From positions 1-56,358 of the forward strand of contig JBAYJU010000001.1 of the NCBI GenBank assembly GCA_041664865.1: a stretch of 56,358 nucleotides of DNA. The letters are read 5' to 3'. The notes below the pieces were generated by a model. That model had not been told where the DNA came from. It saw only the letters and a program-made list of their open reading frames with translations, and searched no databases. Position numbers and translations under genes: made by a program. Origin of the DNA: Minisyncoccota bacterium (GTDB lineage Bacteria > Patescibacteriota > Minisyncoccia > Phycocordibacterales > Phycocordibacteraceae). Positions 17,067-25,683 of the stretch are shown in pieces. Each line of letters starts with the position of its first letter. Position 1 is the first letter of the stretch.

Positions 17067-17675
17067 ATGCATGTATTTCCTTTTGTGTATCACCTCATCG
17101 ACAGCTCTATCGGGAGCGCACTGTCCGTGTCACTTGCCATATTTTTCGGAGCCATATTTCTGGAAGACGTGACGACAGTAATAGTCGGTCTTCTCGCTGC
17201 CGACGGTGTAATCCCTATCCCTATTGCGATTGGCTCACTCTACGCCGGCGTTATCGCAGGAGACATTAGCTTCTATCTGATTGGCCTTCTGGCTAGCACA
17301 CACCGCCGATTCGGACGATATGTCGATCACGACCTCGTTGCGCCTATCCGTGCATGGCTCGAGACGCGTTTCATACTCACTGTATTTTCCGCGCGATTCA
17401 TACCCGGCACACGAGTGGCGACCTACACCGCAAGCGGCTTCTTCCGTTCTCGGTTTATCACATTCATTTGCACAGTAATTGTAGCTACGCTCATCTGGAT
17501 TACATTACTTTTCAGCGTGGCTTTCTGGTTCGGTGGAGCAACTGTGGCATGGCTCGGCCCAGTGCGTTGGGTCATCGCAGGAGTATTCCTACTCGCGCTT
17601 TTCTTCATCGGTCGGCACAATGTGCTCACCTACCGCGCCAAAAAGGACGAGATGTATTCAAAAAATATCTCCTAG
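17067..17675 (+). CDS. DedA / VTT-domain membrane protein
   Basis: ..FLEDVTTVIVGLLA.. and ..FSARFIPGTR.. motifs; 202 aa. Confidence 0.7.
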   Translation: MHVFPFVYHLIDSSIGSALSVSLAIFFGAIFLEDVTTVIVGLLAADGVIPIPIAIGSLYAGVIAGDISFYLIGLLASTHRRFGRYVDHDLVAPIRAWLETRFILTVFSARFIPGTRVATYTASGFFRSRFITFICTVIVATLIWITLLFSVAFWFGGATVAWLGPVRWVIAGVFLLALFFIGRHNVLTYRAKKDEMYSKNIS

Positions 17676-17712
17676 AAACGTTTCGTACAAAGTGTCCTGG
17701 TATACTTGACGC

Positions 17713-18630
17713 ATGAAAGCAAAACTTATTCGCGCAGGAGTAGCACTGATTCTTGTACTCGCTGCTGGCGGAATCGGATACATAGCTGGCGGGAGTGGTG
17801 CGCAATCCGCGCCAATGAGCATCCCTGCGCAGACAGTCACTGCCCCACCAGCTGGCTCGATACGCGCCGTGTACAGTCTCGACCAGAAGCAAAACGACAA
17901 AGAGATCATCGCGCTCATCGACGGCGCGAAGAGCCATATTTATTTTGCGATTTACACGTTCACTCTACCGAGCATAGCCGACGCGCTAGTCGCGGCAAAG
18001 AAGCGTGGTATAGACGTGCGAGGAGTGATGGATTCTGGGCAAAGTAGCAATAGTTATGGTGCACCAATAACCGATAAGCTCCTCTCTGCAGGAATTCCTA
18101 TTCTCGTCGAGAAGCACGCCACAGGCAACGGCATCATGCACATCAAGGCGCTCGTCACCGACTCGGCATATGCAATCGGCAGTTATAACTGGACCAGCTC
18201 GGCTACGACCATCAATGACGAGATTATCGAGATAGGCACCGACCCTACACTGCGGCAGACGTACGAAAACATATTGAAGAAATTACTGGATGCCTACAAA
18301 GGCAATACCGCGGCCGCTAACGCGGCCGCGTATGTTTCTATCGGCACCATCGACTATACAGAAGCCAGTTCACACGTAGGTCAGACTGCGAGCGTGCGTG
18401 GAACACTCGTCGAGGCATATACGAGCAAGAGTGGCACCGTCTTCCTCGACTTCTGCAAGAGCTACAAGTCCTGCCCGTTCTCTGGAGTCATATTCTCCGA
18501 TGATGCAAAGAAATTCGGCGACCTATCCAAGTATTCCGGAAAGACCGTCACTCTAACCGGCAAAATATCCTCCTACCAAAACAAAGCCGAAATCGTCCTC
18601 TCCGACCCATCCCAACTCGACCAAAATTGA
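17713..18630 (+). CDS. Membrane-anchored phospholipase-D-family (Nuc-like) nuclease with C-terminal OB-like domain
   Basis: Single HKD motif HIKALVTDSAYAIGSYN, an N-terminal TM helix, and a C-terminal ~100-aa beta-rich domain. Confidence 0.7.
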   Translation: MKAKLIRAGVALILVLAAGGIGYIAGGSGAQSAPMSIPAQTVTAPPAGSIRAVYSLDQKQNDKEIIALIDGAKSHIYFAIYTFTLPSIADALVAAKKRGIDVRGVMDSGQSSNSYGAPITDKLLSAGIPILVEKHATGNGIMHIKALVTDSAYAIGSYNWTSSATTINDEIIEIGTDPTLRQTYENILKKLLDAYKGNTAAANAAAYVSIGTIDYTEASSHVGQTASVRGTLVEAYTSKSGTVFLDFCKSYKSCPFSGVIFSDDAKKFGDLSKYSGKTVTLTGKISSYQNKAEIVLSDPSQLDQN

Positions 18631-18708
18631 CGCAACTATCACTTCGTGCTATTTTAATTTTCAGACCTGTTCCACACACATTCAACTTAAGACAAAGGAG
18701 GCCCGCCA

Positions 18709-19263
18709 ATGACTGGAACCCATCAAGATGTACCATGTAAACACAAGTTGTTGTTACCGTTTTTTCTTACCAAGGAGATTGCCGAAGAGGCTATGCGTAT
18801 GGCGCTTACTTCAGCGCTTTCCGAGGATTTCAAGCGACATTTGAGGCACCCGAACGAGCCTCAGTTCCACATCGTTATGCTGGTATCTGCTCTGGAGGCG
18901 AAGGCTATGGCGTGTTATCCGAACCTGCCGTTATACCCACACACACTCGCCGAGTACAGCTATGGTGACCGTGGGAAGTGGCGCTATGACTTCCGTCAAA
19001 TTGCCCGCTGTAAGACTTTGCAGCTCTGGCAAGAGCGAAACAATGGCGGGACCGACTCATCAGCGCATCTGCTGTTCCCGGGTGATACCCCTTTCTGGGG
19101 TGGCATTCTGCGCGAAGGAATTGCCGTCGGCTGTTCTGGTGACAAGCCCTGGATTGACCGAATGATTGCTGGCATAACCTCCGATATCGCAATCGCCCTT
19201 GCCCATGATGCAAAAGTCGAGTGGATAGAGGCAAATCCTGACGCCTGCTTCCTTCCTGAGTAA
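18709..19263 (+). CDS. Hypothetical protein, possibly GlcG/HbpS-like (DUF336)
   Basis: AAGGAGG 7 nt upstream. ..FWGGILREGIAVGCSGDKPWIDRMIA.. resembles the GG..G.iGaiGvSG motif. Confidence 0.35.
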   Translation: MTGTHQDVPCKHKLLLPFFLTKEIAEEAMRMALTSALSEDFKRHLRHPNEPQFHIVMLVSALEAKAMACYPNLPLYPHTLAEYSYGDRGKWRYDFRQIARCKTLQLWQERNNGGTDSSAHLLFPGDTPFWGGILREGIAVGCSGDKPWIDRMIAGITSDIAIALAHDAKVEWIEANPDACFLPE

Positions 19264-19283
19264 CCGCGACACTTCGCCGCACC

Positions 19284-19317
19284 CACGCCGACCCTCCGGG
19301 TCGGCGTGATTCTTTTT
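19284..19317 (+). terminator. Rho-independent terminator
   Basis: cacgccgaccc-tcc-gggtcggcgtg followed by attcttttt. Confidence 0.75.
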
Positions 19318-19362
19318 ACTTGCGCATCTTGGCCTTTTTGTGCTATATTCTAGGTACTTCCA

Positions 19363-19977
19363 GTGGCTACCGACCGACTTCGCATCAATAACGAAATACG
19401 CGCACAAGAGTTGCGCGTTGTTGGTGCAAAGGGAGAAAACCTGGGAGTTCTCTCGCTCGCTGACGCTCTAGTGGCCGCCAAGCAGGCCGGGCTCGATCTA
19501 ATCGAGATTTCGCCCTCTGCGCTCCCGCCCGTTGCGAAGATCATGGATTATGGTAAATTCGAATACGAGCGAAGCAAGAAGGAGAAGGTAGCCAAAGCCA
19601 AGGTCAAGATATCGGAAACAAAGGAAGTCCAGATCAAAGTGGGCACCGGCGATAACGATATGGCGCTCAAGGCTAAGAAGGCGGCCGAGTGGCTCTCTGA
19701 GGGCCACCGTGTGCGCGCAGAGCTCTTCCTAAAGGGTCGCTATAAGGGTATGAGCGAGGAGTTCCTCAAGACTCGCCTTGAGAAGTTTCTCACTCGTATC
19801 CCGTATGCATATAAGGTAGCCGAGCCTGTCGCTAGGAGCCCAAAAGGCTTTGCCGGAGTCATCGAGCGCGATCTGGTAGCCCAAGCAAAACGCGAGAAAG
19901 AGAATCCTTCGATGGATTCAACAAGCTCACCACAAGTGAACTCAGTGCAAGCAACTACAAAAAATGAAAACCAATAA
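19363..19977 (+). CDS. infC: Translation initiation factor IF-3 (GTG start)
   Basis: ..RINNEIRAQELRVVGAKGENLGV.. and ..PPVAKIMDYGKF..; followed by rpmI-rplT. Confidence 0.92.
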   Translation: MATDRLRINNEIRAQELRVVGAKGENLGVLSLADALVAAKQAGLDLIEISPSALPPVAKIMDYGKFEYERSKKEKVAKAKVKISETKEVQIKVGTGDNDMALKAKKAAEWLSEGHRVRAELFLKGRYKGMSEEFLKTRLEKFLTRIPYAYKVAEPVARSPKGFAGVIERDLVAQAKREKENPSMDSTSSPQVNSVQATTKNENQ

Positions 19978-20149
19978 ATCATATACAAAGAGAATTCGCG
20001 TAACCCGCTCGGGCAAGCTTATGGCGCGCAAGGCGGGTCAGAATCATTTCAATGCGAAGCAAAGCGGTAGCAAGCGCAGCGGTAAGCGCCGCGCAGTCGA
20101 GCTCTCGCTCACTGCGAAGGTGATCCGTCGCTTCCTCCCGGGAACCTAA
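19964..20149 (+). CDS. rpmI: 50S ribosomal protein L35
   Basis: MKTNKSYTKRIRVTRSGKL..; lies in the infC-rpmI-rplT order. Confidence 0.9.
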   Translation: MKTNKSYTKRIRVTRSGKLMARKAGQNHFNAKQSGSKRSGKRRAVELSLTAKVIRRFLPGT

Positions 20150-20171
20150 TTACTCTAATAATCATTTTCGT

Positions 20172-20519
20172 ATGGCAAGAATCAAAGGAGGAATGGCGGC
20201 GCTGAAGCGCAAGAGAAATATACTCGAGAGAGCGAAGGGCTATCGTGGCACCAGTTCCAAGAAGATTAAATCCGCTCATGAGTCGCTCATGCGAGCCGGT
20301 CGCTATGCATTCGCGCACCGCAAGGACAAAAAGACCGCATTCCGCCAGCTCTGGATTGTCCGCCTCAATGCCGCTGTACGTGAGAACGGCCACAAGTCAT
20401 ACAGCTCGTTCATCGACAAGATCAAGAAGCTCGGCTTCGGTCTCGACCGCAAAGTCCTCGCCGAGTTCGCCAGCGAGCGCCCGGAGGTCTTCTCTCGCAT
20501 CGCGAAGCAGGTAGCCTAA
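20172..20519 (+). CDS. rplT: 50S ribosomal protein L20
   Basis: MARIKGG..KGYRG..A..Y.FAHRKDKK..FRQLWI.R.NAA. Confidence 0.93.
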   Translation: MARIKGGMAALKRKRNILERAKGYRGTSSKKIKSAHESLMRAGRYAFAHRKDKKTAFRQLWIVRLNAAVRENGHKSYSSFIDKIKKLGFGLDRKVLAEFASERPEVFSRIAKQVA

Positions 20520-20536
20520 CAAGCAAACTCAAAAAC

Positions 20537-20569
20537 AAAACACGCGCCGGCTCCGCCGGCGCGTGTTTT
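20537..20569. terminator. Bidirectional terminator hairpin
   Basis: aaaacacgcgccggc-tcc-gccggcgcgtgtttt, between convergent rplT and the beta-CASP gene. Confidence 0.8.
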
Positions 20570-20577
20570 TGGTTCTG

Positions 20578-21969
20578 CTACTCCCCCACCCTCTTCACAC
20601 CCTCCTTCGTGATCTCCCATGTCTGACCGAACTCAGGGACAATGGTGCGAGCGCCAAGGTAGTCGTGGATGCGCTGTGCTAGGAATCGCTCTGTAGATGG
20701 CTCTCCGAGCGCGACGAAGATAGCTTTCGGGCGCTTCTCTGCGAGAGCCGCCTCTGCGAATTTCAATAGTCCGTCGCGATCAGCATGTGCTGACCACCCC
20801 TCGAGATTCTCCACTTTCGCATTGATGCGCACTTCAGCGCCATTTATCCGTACACTCTTCGCACCATCCACCATGCGCCGCCCAGGAGTACCAGGGGCCT
20901 GATATCCGACGATAAGGAGTGTAGAGGTCGGGTCGGGCAGATATCGCGCCTCCCAGTGGCCTATGCGCCCTCCGTGACTCATCCCAGCACCAGCGATGAT
21001 GATCTTCGGGCTCGGCTCTTTCTCTATAGACATCGAGTCTTCACGCGCGAGCGTCTTAGTCAGGAACGGAAATTCGAAGATGCTCCCTTCTCGTTTCATT
21101 TCGTCCTCGACCTCAGGCTTGAAATATGTCGGCCCCCACTTCTCGTATACCTCTGTCACATGTATCGCGAGCGGCGAATCGAGAAACACTGGAATCTTCG
21201 GCAGAGATCCATCTGCGAAGAAGTTCGATAGCTCATAGAGCATGAGCTGGGTGCGCTCCATAGAGAATGCAGGGATTAGGATCGCGCCACCGCGCTCTAT
21301 GGCTTTAGCGAGAGTGTCTCGAAGTAGCTCGACACGAGTCTGCTGACTCGGATGCAAGCGGTCGCCATACACGCTCTCAATAAGAAGTGCATCGGCATCT
21401 GTCACTTGCTCCCAGTCTGGCAAAAGTGGCGATGGTGAGTTGCCTATGTCGCCCGTGAGTGCGAGAGTAGTTCCATCTTCATCATGAATCCGCGCGCTCG
21501 CCGAGCCCATTATGTGCCCTGTGTTGCGCAGATAGACAGAGAGCCCTGGTGCGACTTCTTTCTCCACATGGTAGTCGAGTGTCTCGATAAGCGAAGACGC
21601 CGTCTCGACATCGTTACTGTCATATATTGGCATGCGCCCTAGGCGCGTAGCCTCTTCGGCGAGGATATGCGCAGAATCGAGCATGATAAGTATAGCCAAG
21701 TCTCTCGTAGGCGGAGTCATGTATATCTTCCCTCGGAAGCCATCGCGCACGAGCTTCGGTATGCGCCCGACATGATCGAGGTGCGCATGCGTGACGACGA
21801 GTGCGTCGATGGTAGTGACGTCATACGAGAACGGGCCGTAGATGTGTTCCTCGACGAGATCAGCGCCCTGCTCGATACCACAATCGACGAGCAACTTCCC
21901 GCGTGTACCCTCAACCAAGAAATTAGAGCCCGTAACTTTTCCGGCTCCGCCATAAAATGAAAGTTTCAT
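20578..21969 (-). CDS. MBL-fold beta-CASP ribonuclease (CPSF73/RNase-J-like)
   Basis: MKLSFYGGAGKVTGSNFLV.., VVTHAHLDHVGRIP, beta-CASP pattern. Start at ATG 21967-21969. Confidence 0.8.
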   Translation of the reverse strand: MKLSFYGGAGKVTGSNFLVEGTRGKLLVDCGIEQGADLVEEHIYGPFSYDVTTIDALVVTHAHLDHVGRIPKLVRDGFRGKIYMTPPTRDLAILIMLDSAHILAEEATRLGRMPIYDSNDVETASSLIETLDYHVEKEVAPGLSVYLRNTGHIMGSASARIHDEDGTTLALTGDIGNSPSPLLPDWEQVTDADALLIESVYGDRLHPSQQTRVELLRDTLAKAIERGGAILIPAFSMERTQLMLYELSNFFADGSLPKIPVFLDSPLAIHVTEVYEKWGPTYFKPEVEDEMKREGSIFEFPFLTKTLAREDSMSIEKEPSPKIIIAGAGMSHGGRIGHWEARYLPDPTSTLLIVGYQAPGTPGRRMVDGAKSVRINGAEVRINAKVENLEGWSAHADRDGLLKFAEAALAEKRPKAIFVALGEPSTERFLAQRIHDYLGARTIVPEFGQTWEITKEGVKRVGE

Positions 21970-21987
21970 ACACAAAATGTAACACAC

Positions 21988-22078
21988 GCAGGGCGCCGAC
22001 AAACCCGAAAATGGAGAGTAAAGACTTGGCCTTAGTGGCCCGGAACGCGCTCCATTTTCGGGTTTGTCGGCGCCCTGC
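21988..22078. repeat. Perfect 29-bp inverted repeat with a 33-nt spacer (91-nt hairpin)
   Basis: gcagggcgccgacaaacccgaaaatggag (21988-22016) is the exact reverse complement of 22050-22078. It lies 19 nt upstream of the beta-CASP ATG. Confidence 0.9.
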
Positions 22079-22088
22079 CAGAGTACGC

Positions 22089-22120
22089 AAAAAACCTCAT
22101 CCCGAAGGGTGAGGTTTTTT
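22089..22120. terminator. Terminator hairpin with A- and T-tracts on both sides
   Basis: aaaaaacctcatccc-gaa-gggtgaggtttttt. One pair is G-U on the plus-strand RNA and A-C on the minus-strand RNA. Confidence 0.75.
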
Positions 22121-22121
22121 G

Positions 22122-22380
22122 CGGAACTGTCCTCTCTGGCAACTTTTTCGTGCCAGGTGGGAAAGGTAACGGCTTCTGTCGGATTTCCTTACGGAATTCA
22201 CCAAGAATGCCTTAATGCCTATTTCCCTTGCTAGAAGCAAGTTGCAGTTTCAAGAACAGCTCCACTCACAATTATACCCGAGCACTAACTGGACGCCAGC
22301 ACTACATGTGGATACAAACTAACCACAACTACACACCGACCGTGCAGTTAGTGCTTGGGTATACACCCGGTATCAAGAAG
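22122..22380. ncRNA. Candidate structured non-coding RNA or long structured 3' UTR (unclassified)
   Basis: About 260 nt with no credible ORF. It contains a 19-bp helix 22273-22291 / 22345-22363 (tataccc-g-agcactaactg / cagttagtgct-t-gggtata), an internal hairpin and the ctggca..tgccag hairpin at 22135-22156. Confidence 0.25.
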
Positions 22381-22965
22381 CTAATCGCAATGACGTTTAT
22401 AACTGTGCAATTCTTTCGCCCCGAACCAGTGCTTAATTTCATGCTCTGCCTCCTCTGGGGTCTCAGATGCGTGAAGAATGTTCGCTACTGCGCGCTTCTC
22501 GGCATTCGCGAGCGCTGGAGAATCTACTGAGAAATCGCCACGAATGGTGCCCATATCAGCCAGATATGGCAGCGTCACTCCGCAGATCTTGCGCACCATA
22601 TCTACCGCATGCGTCCCTTGCACCACCATTTTAACGAGCGGCGCCGAAAGCATGTAATCAACAAGCCACTTGCGAATCTCTGGGCCTATTTTCGCAGGAT
22701 CATCAGTTCCGAAATCTTCCATCATGTCGAATCCATACTTCTCATACGTCGAGGCCGTCTTCCCGCCTAGTCTAGTAATCCACGCATCATCTTTCGGATA
22801 ATGATTATCAATCTCCTCACGCGTAGGCTGGAACATCTCAAGAGCCACGATCTTCAAATCACGCTGCTCGAATCGTTTTATAACCTCTCCAATGAGACCC
22901 TTCTGTACGCCATCTGGCTTGAGCATCACATACGTCCTCTCTTCTTTTGGATTCTTGTTTGCCAT
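22381..22965 (-). CDS. ndk: Nucleoside diphosphate kinase (long form with an internal insertion)
   Basis: ..ERTYVMLKPDGVQKGLIGEVIKRFE.. and ..NILHASE.. (active-site His); 194 aa. Confidence 0.8.
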   Translation of the reverse strand: MANKNPKEERTYVMLKPDGVQKGLIGEVIKRFEQRDLKIVALEMFQPTREEIDNHYPKDDAWITRLGGKTASTYEKYGFDMMEDFGTDDPAKIGPEIRKWLVDYMLSAPLVKMVVQGTHAVDMVRKICGVTLPYLADMGTIRGDFSVDSPALANAEKRAVANILHASETPEEAEHEIKHWFGAKELHSYKRHCD

Positions 22966-22996
22966 AGTTTTAAAAATAAATCCCCTGCAGGGGCTG

Positions 22997-23761
22997 TTAT
23001 GCAGTTACAATACGCGCCCCACCCTTTTCGAGCAAGATGGTGTGCTCGAAGTGCGCCGAACGCGAGCCGTCTTTGGTGCGATAGGTATATCCATCTGGAG
23101 CGATAATTACGGCTGCCTTCCCAGTGCTCGAGATAGGCTCAAGCGCGAGCACCATACCCTCCTCAAGCAATTCCCCTTCCCCGCGACGACCGAAGTTCGG
23201 TATGAATGGTTCCTCGTGCACAAGGTCGCCAACGCCATGACCGCCTAGCTCTTTAACTACAGTGAATCCTGCGTCCTCTATTTCTTTTTGTATAGCGTGA
23301 CTGATGTCGCCCAAATGCCCGCCGACTTTTGACGCCGCTATACCAGCAGCAAGCGCCTCTTCAGTCGCCCACATAAGCTTCTTAGATTCCTCGCTCACTT
23401 TGCCTACTGGCACTGTTATTGCAGCATCTACTATGATTCCCTCGTGTATGAGACCGAGGTCGAGACCTACAATGTCGCCCTCTTTCAAAACCTTCACCGA
23501 CTCATTCGGGATGCCATGCACGACTTCGTCGTTTATGGATACGCAGAGCGCGGCCGGGTACGGCCGCGCCGCCCCCTCAGGCGTGTAGCCCAGGAAGCAT
23601 GGCTCATCTCCACCATCACGGATCATCTGCTCAGCCAGATCATCGAGCTCTTCAGACGTCACACCAGGCGCGACTTTCGCACGCAGAGCAGCAAGTATTG
23701 CGCCGAGACGCTTCCCGCCTTCAATCAGATGCTCGCGCTCGGTGTCGGTCGTTATGATCAT
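22997..23761 (-). CDS. map: Methionine aminopeptidase, type I
   Basis: ..VHGIP.., ..DIVGLDLG.., ..GHGVG.., ..EPI.. metal-ligand pattern; 254 aa. Confidence 0.9.
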   Translation of the reverse strand: MIITTDTEREHLIEGGKRLGAILAALRAKVAPGVTSEELDDLAEQMIRDGGDEPCFLGYTPEGAARPYPAALCVSINDEVVHGIPNESVKVLKEGDIVGLDLGLIHEGIIVDAAITVPVGKVSEESKKLMWATEEALAAGIAASKVGGHLGDISHAIQKEIEDAGFTVVKELGGHGVGDLVHEEPFIPNFGRRGEGELLEEGMVLALEPISSTGKAAVIIAPDGYTYRTKDGSRSAHFEHTILLEKGGARIVTA

Positions 23762-24324
23762 TAGAGTTTGAGAATGCGTTTTATCTCCTCAGCGATAACC
23801 TCGGGGGGGCGCTGGCCATCAATCTCAGTAAGCATGCCGGTCTTACGATAGAGATCTATCGCCATTTCAGTGCTCGCATGATACTCCTCAAGCCGCTTGT
23901 CGACTGCGTTATCATCCTGGCGCGACTCCTTCTCCCTCCTCAGATCGATGCGCTTATGGACCTCGTCGTCGAGAACGTGCAGATAGAATATATAGTTCGA
24001 TCGCCCTAGCCATTTGAGCGATTCAGTGACAATCTCTGCCTCAGGCAGCTTACGGCCGACGCCGTCGAAAATAATACCCTCATCAATACCTACAGAAAGA
24101 AGCGTCTTTAGGTATAGGTATGAGGCAAGCCAGTATGGTTGCAGAAGGCCCGCATCATTAACCTCTTTTACCTTTCGTCCCACTGCCGTATCCTCAGCAG
24201 ATAAAGCTCGGAACTGCCCTCCTGTCGTAAATGTTTTCCAGCCGGTTATGTCTGCCAAGAGCTTGGCCTGCGTGCCCTTCCCGCTACCTGGTTTCCCGAT
24301 GAAGAATATAATTGGTTTTTCCAT
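23761..24324 (-). CDS. adk: Adenylate kinase-like nucleoside monophosphate kinase
   Basis: P-loop GKPGSGKGTQ and ..GIIFDGVGR... Lies in the secY-adk-map order. Start at ATG 24322-24324. Confidence 0.75.
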   Translation of the reverse strand: MEKPIIFFIGKPGSGKGTQAKLLADITGWKTFTTGGQFRALSAEDTAVGRKVKEVNDAGLLQPYWLASYLYLKTLLSVGIDEGIIFDGVGRKLPEAEIVTESLKWLGRSNYIFYLHVLDDEVHKRIDLRREKESRQDDNAVDKRLEEYHASTEMAIDLYRKTGMLTEIDGQRPPEVIAEEIKRILKL

Positions 24325-24360
24325 ATGATTCCACTTTAATGGCAAAGCGTTTTAAAAGCA

Positions 24361-24388
24361 AAACCGCCGCCCTTCGGGCGGCGGTTTC
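24361..24388 (-). terminator. Hairpin between secY and adk (terminator or attenuator)
   Basis: aaaccgccgccc-ttcg-gggcggcggttt, a perfect 12-bp stem, U-rich after it on the minus strand. Confidence 0.6.
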
Positions 24389-24396
24389 GCAAGTTT

Positions 24397-25683
24397 TTAA
24401 TACTCGCGAAGCGAGATCTGAGCATCGATTTTCTGTGTTAGGTCGAGGATGACCTGCACGGCTATGAGAAGTGCTGTACCGCCTAGCACGAGCGTTGTAA
24501 CGCCTGTGAGGCCCTGAATGATAGATGGCGAGACCGCAAGCAATCCTAGGAAACAAGCTCCGGGTAGCGTGATGCGATTCACAACATTGCCGATATACTC
24601 TTCTGTCTCGCGACCAGGGCGTACACCAGGCACGAATGCTCCGGTCTTCTGGAGATTCTCAGCAACGCGGTGCGGCTCGAATGTCACTGCAGTATAGAAA
24701 TAGGTGAAGAGCACCACGAGCACGAAGTAGATCGAGCCGTACTGCCAAGGATTGGATAGGAAGGCTGTGTACCAGGTCGACGCGCCTGCCGCAAATGAGA
24801 CATGAATAGCAGAAAGCATCGAGAGCGCCATTTGTGGAACAAGAAGTAGCGAAAGCGCGAAGATGATAGGAATCACCCCGGCCTGCAAGAGGCGGATAGG
24901 GAGATATGTCGCTGCGCCGTTCGCCATAGCCGCTCCGCGCATCGCTCGCGCGTAAGCGATTGGTATCGAGCGCTCTGCATCAGACACTACGACAACAGCA
25001 TAAATCATCGCTCCTGCCATGAGAACGAACGCTAGATACGCTGGGATATTTGCGGCAGACGCGGCAAAGATAGCGTGAGAAATGTTCGACGGTACAGCAG
25101 CAAGAATGCCTGCGAGAATTATGAGCGATATTCCATTGCCTATGCCGAATTCCGTCACGAGCTCACCGAGCCACATTAGAAGCATAGATCCCGCCGTAAT
25201 AATCGCTATATCAGTGATGAACATGAGGGTGCTCAAATTGCCAAGTACATTCTGGCTCTGAAGCAAGAACAAGAAGCCGACACCCTGAAGAATCGCTATC
25301 GGGATAGTGAAGAGGCGGCTCCATTGGATGAATTGCGCACGGCCAGCCTCACCATTCTCAGAATATGCTTGCTTCACTTGAGGGAATACTATTGTGGCGA
25401 GCTGCATAACGATTGAAGCGGTGATGTATGGGCTAACGCCGAGCATTACAATCGAGAGCTGCGAGAGACCGCCGCCAGAGAACATATTCAAAAGTCCGAA
25501 GAACTGGTTGCTTTCGAAGAACGATGCGAGCGCGCCAGTATTAACACCAGGAATCGGCAATACGGAAAGAAAACGGAAGATGACAAGCGCCCCGAGTAGG
25601 AAAAGAATGCGGGTGCGGATTTCGGAATCGCCGAAGGCGAGTTTGATTTTGCGGATGAAAGAATTAATCATGGCTAGTGCCAC
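24397..25683 (-). CDS. secY: Preprotein translocase subunit SecY
   Basis: 10-TM SecY pattern (..LGVSPYITASIVMQL..) at the end of the spc operon. Confidence 0.95.
   Translation of the reverse strand: MALAMINSFIRKIKLAFGDSEIRTRILFLLGALVIFRFLSVLPIPGVNTGALASFFESNQFFGLLNMFSGGGLSQLSIVMLGVSPYITASIVMQLATIVFPQVKQAYSENGEAGRAQFIQWSRLFTIPIAILQGVGFLFLLQSQNVLGNLSTLMFITDIAIITAGSMLLMWLGELVTEFGIGNGISLIILAGILAAVPSNISHAIFAASAANIPAYLAFVLMAGAMIYAVVVVSDAERSIPIAYARAMRGAAMANGAATYLPIRLLQAGVIPIIFALSLLLVPQMALSMLSAIHVSFAAGASTWYTAFLSNPWQYGSIYFVLVVLFTYFYTAVTFEPHRVAENLQKTGAFVPGVRPGRETEEYIGNVVNRITLPGACFLGLLAVSPSIIQGLTGVTTLVLGGTALLIAVQVILDLTQKIDAQISLREY

Noticed and set aside
21988-22078. SRP (4.5S) RNA, tmRNA or 6S RNA for the 91-nt hairpin and its neighbourhood.
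   Set aside because: There is no GGAA/GNAR tetraloop with flanking AGCAGC-type symmetric loop, no tRNA-like 3' end or tag ORF, and no large central bubble. A 29-bp mismatch-free stem is atypical for these families.
22122-22380. RNase P RNA. The locus contains GACAGAAGCCGUUACC (minus strand) resembling the ACAGAAcCCGGCUUA P4 strand, and GGGAAAGGUAACGGC (plus strand) resembling GAGGAAAGUCCGGGC.
   Set aside because: The two look-alikes are the two strands of the same DNA. No complementary P4 partner, P1-P3 or other conserved regions could be placed on either strand, and the usable length is too short.
22966-22996. The cccctgcagggg palindrome between map and ndk as a terminator.
   Set aside because: The stem is effectively 4 bp with a 4-nt loop, too weak to call. 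It is more likely just a spacer, since ndk probably continues the same transcript.
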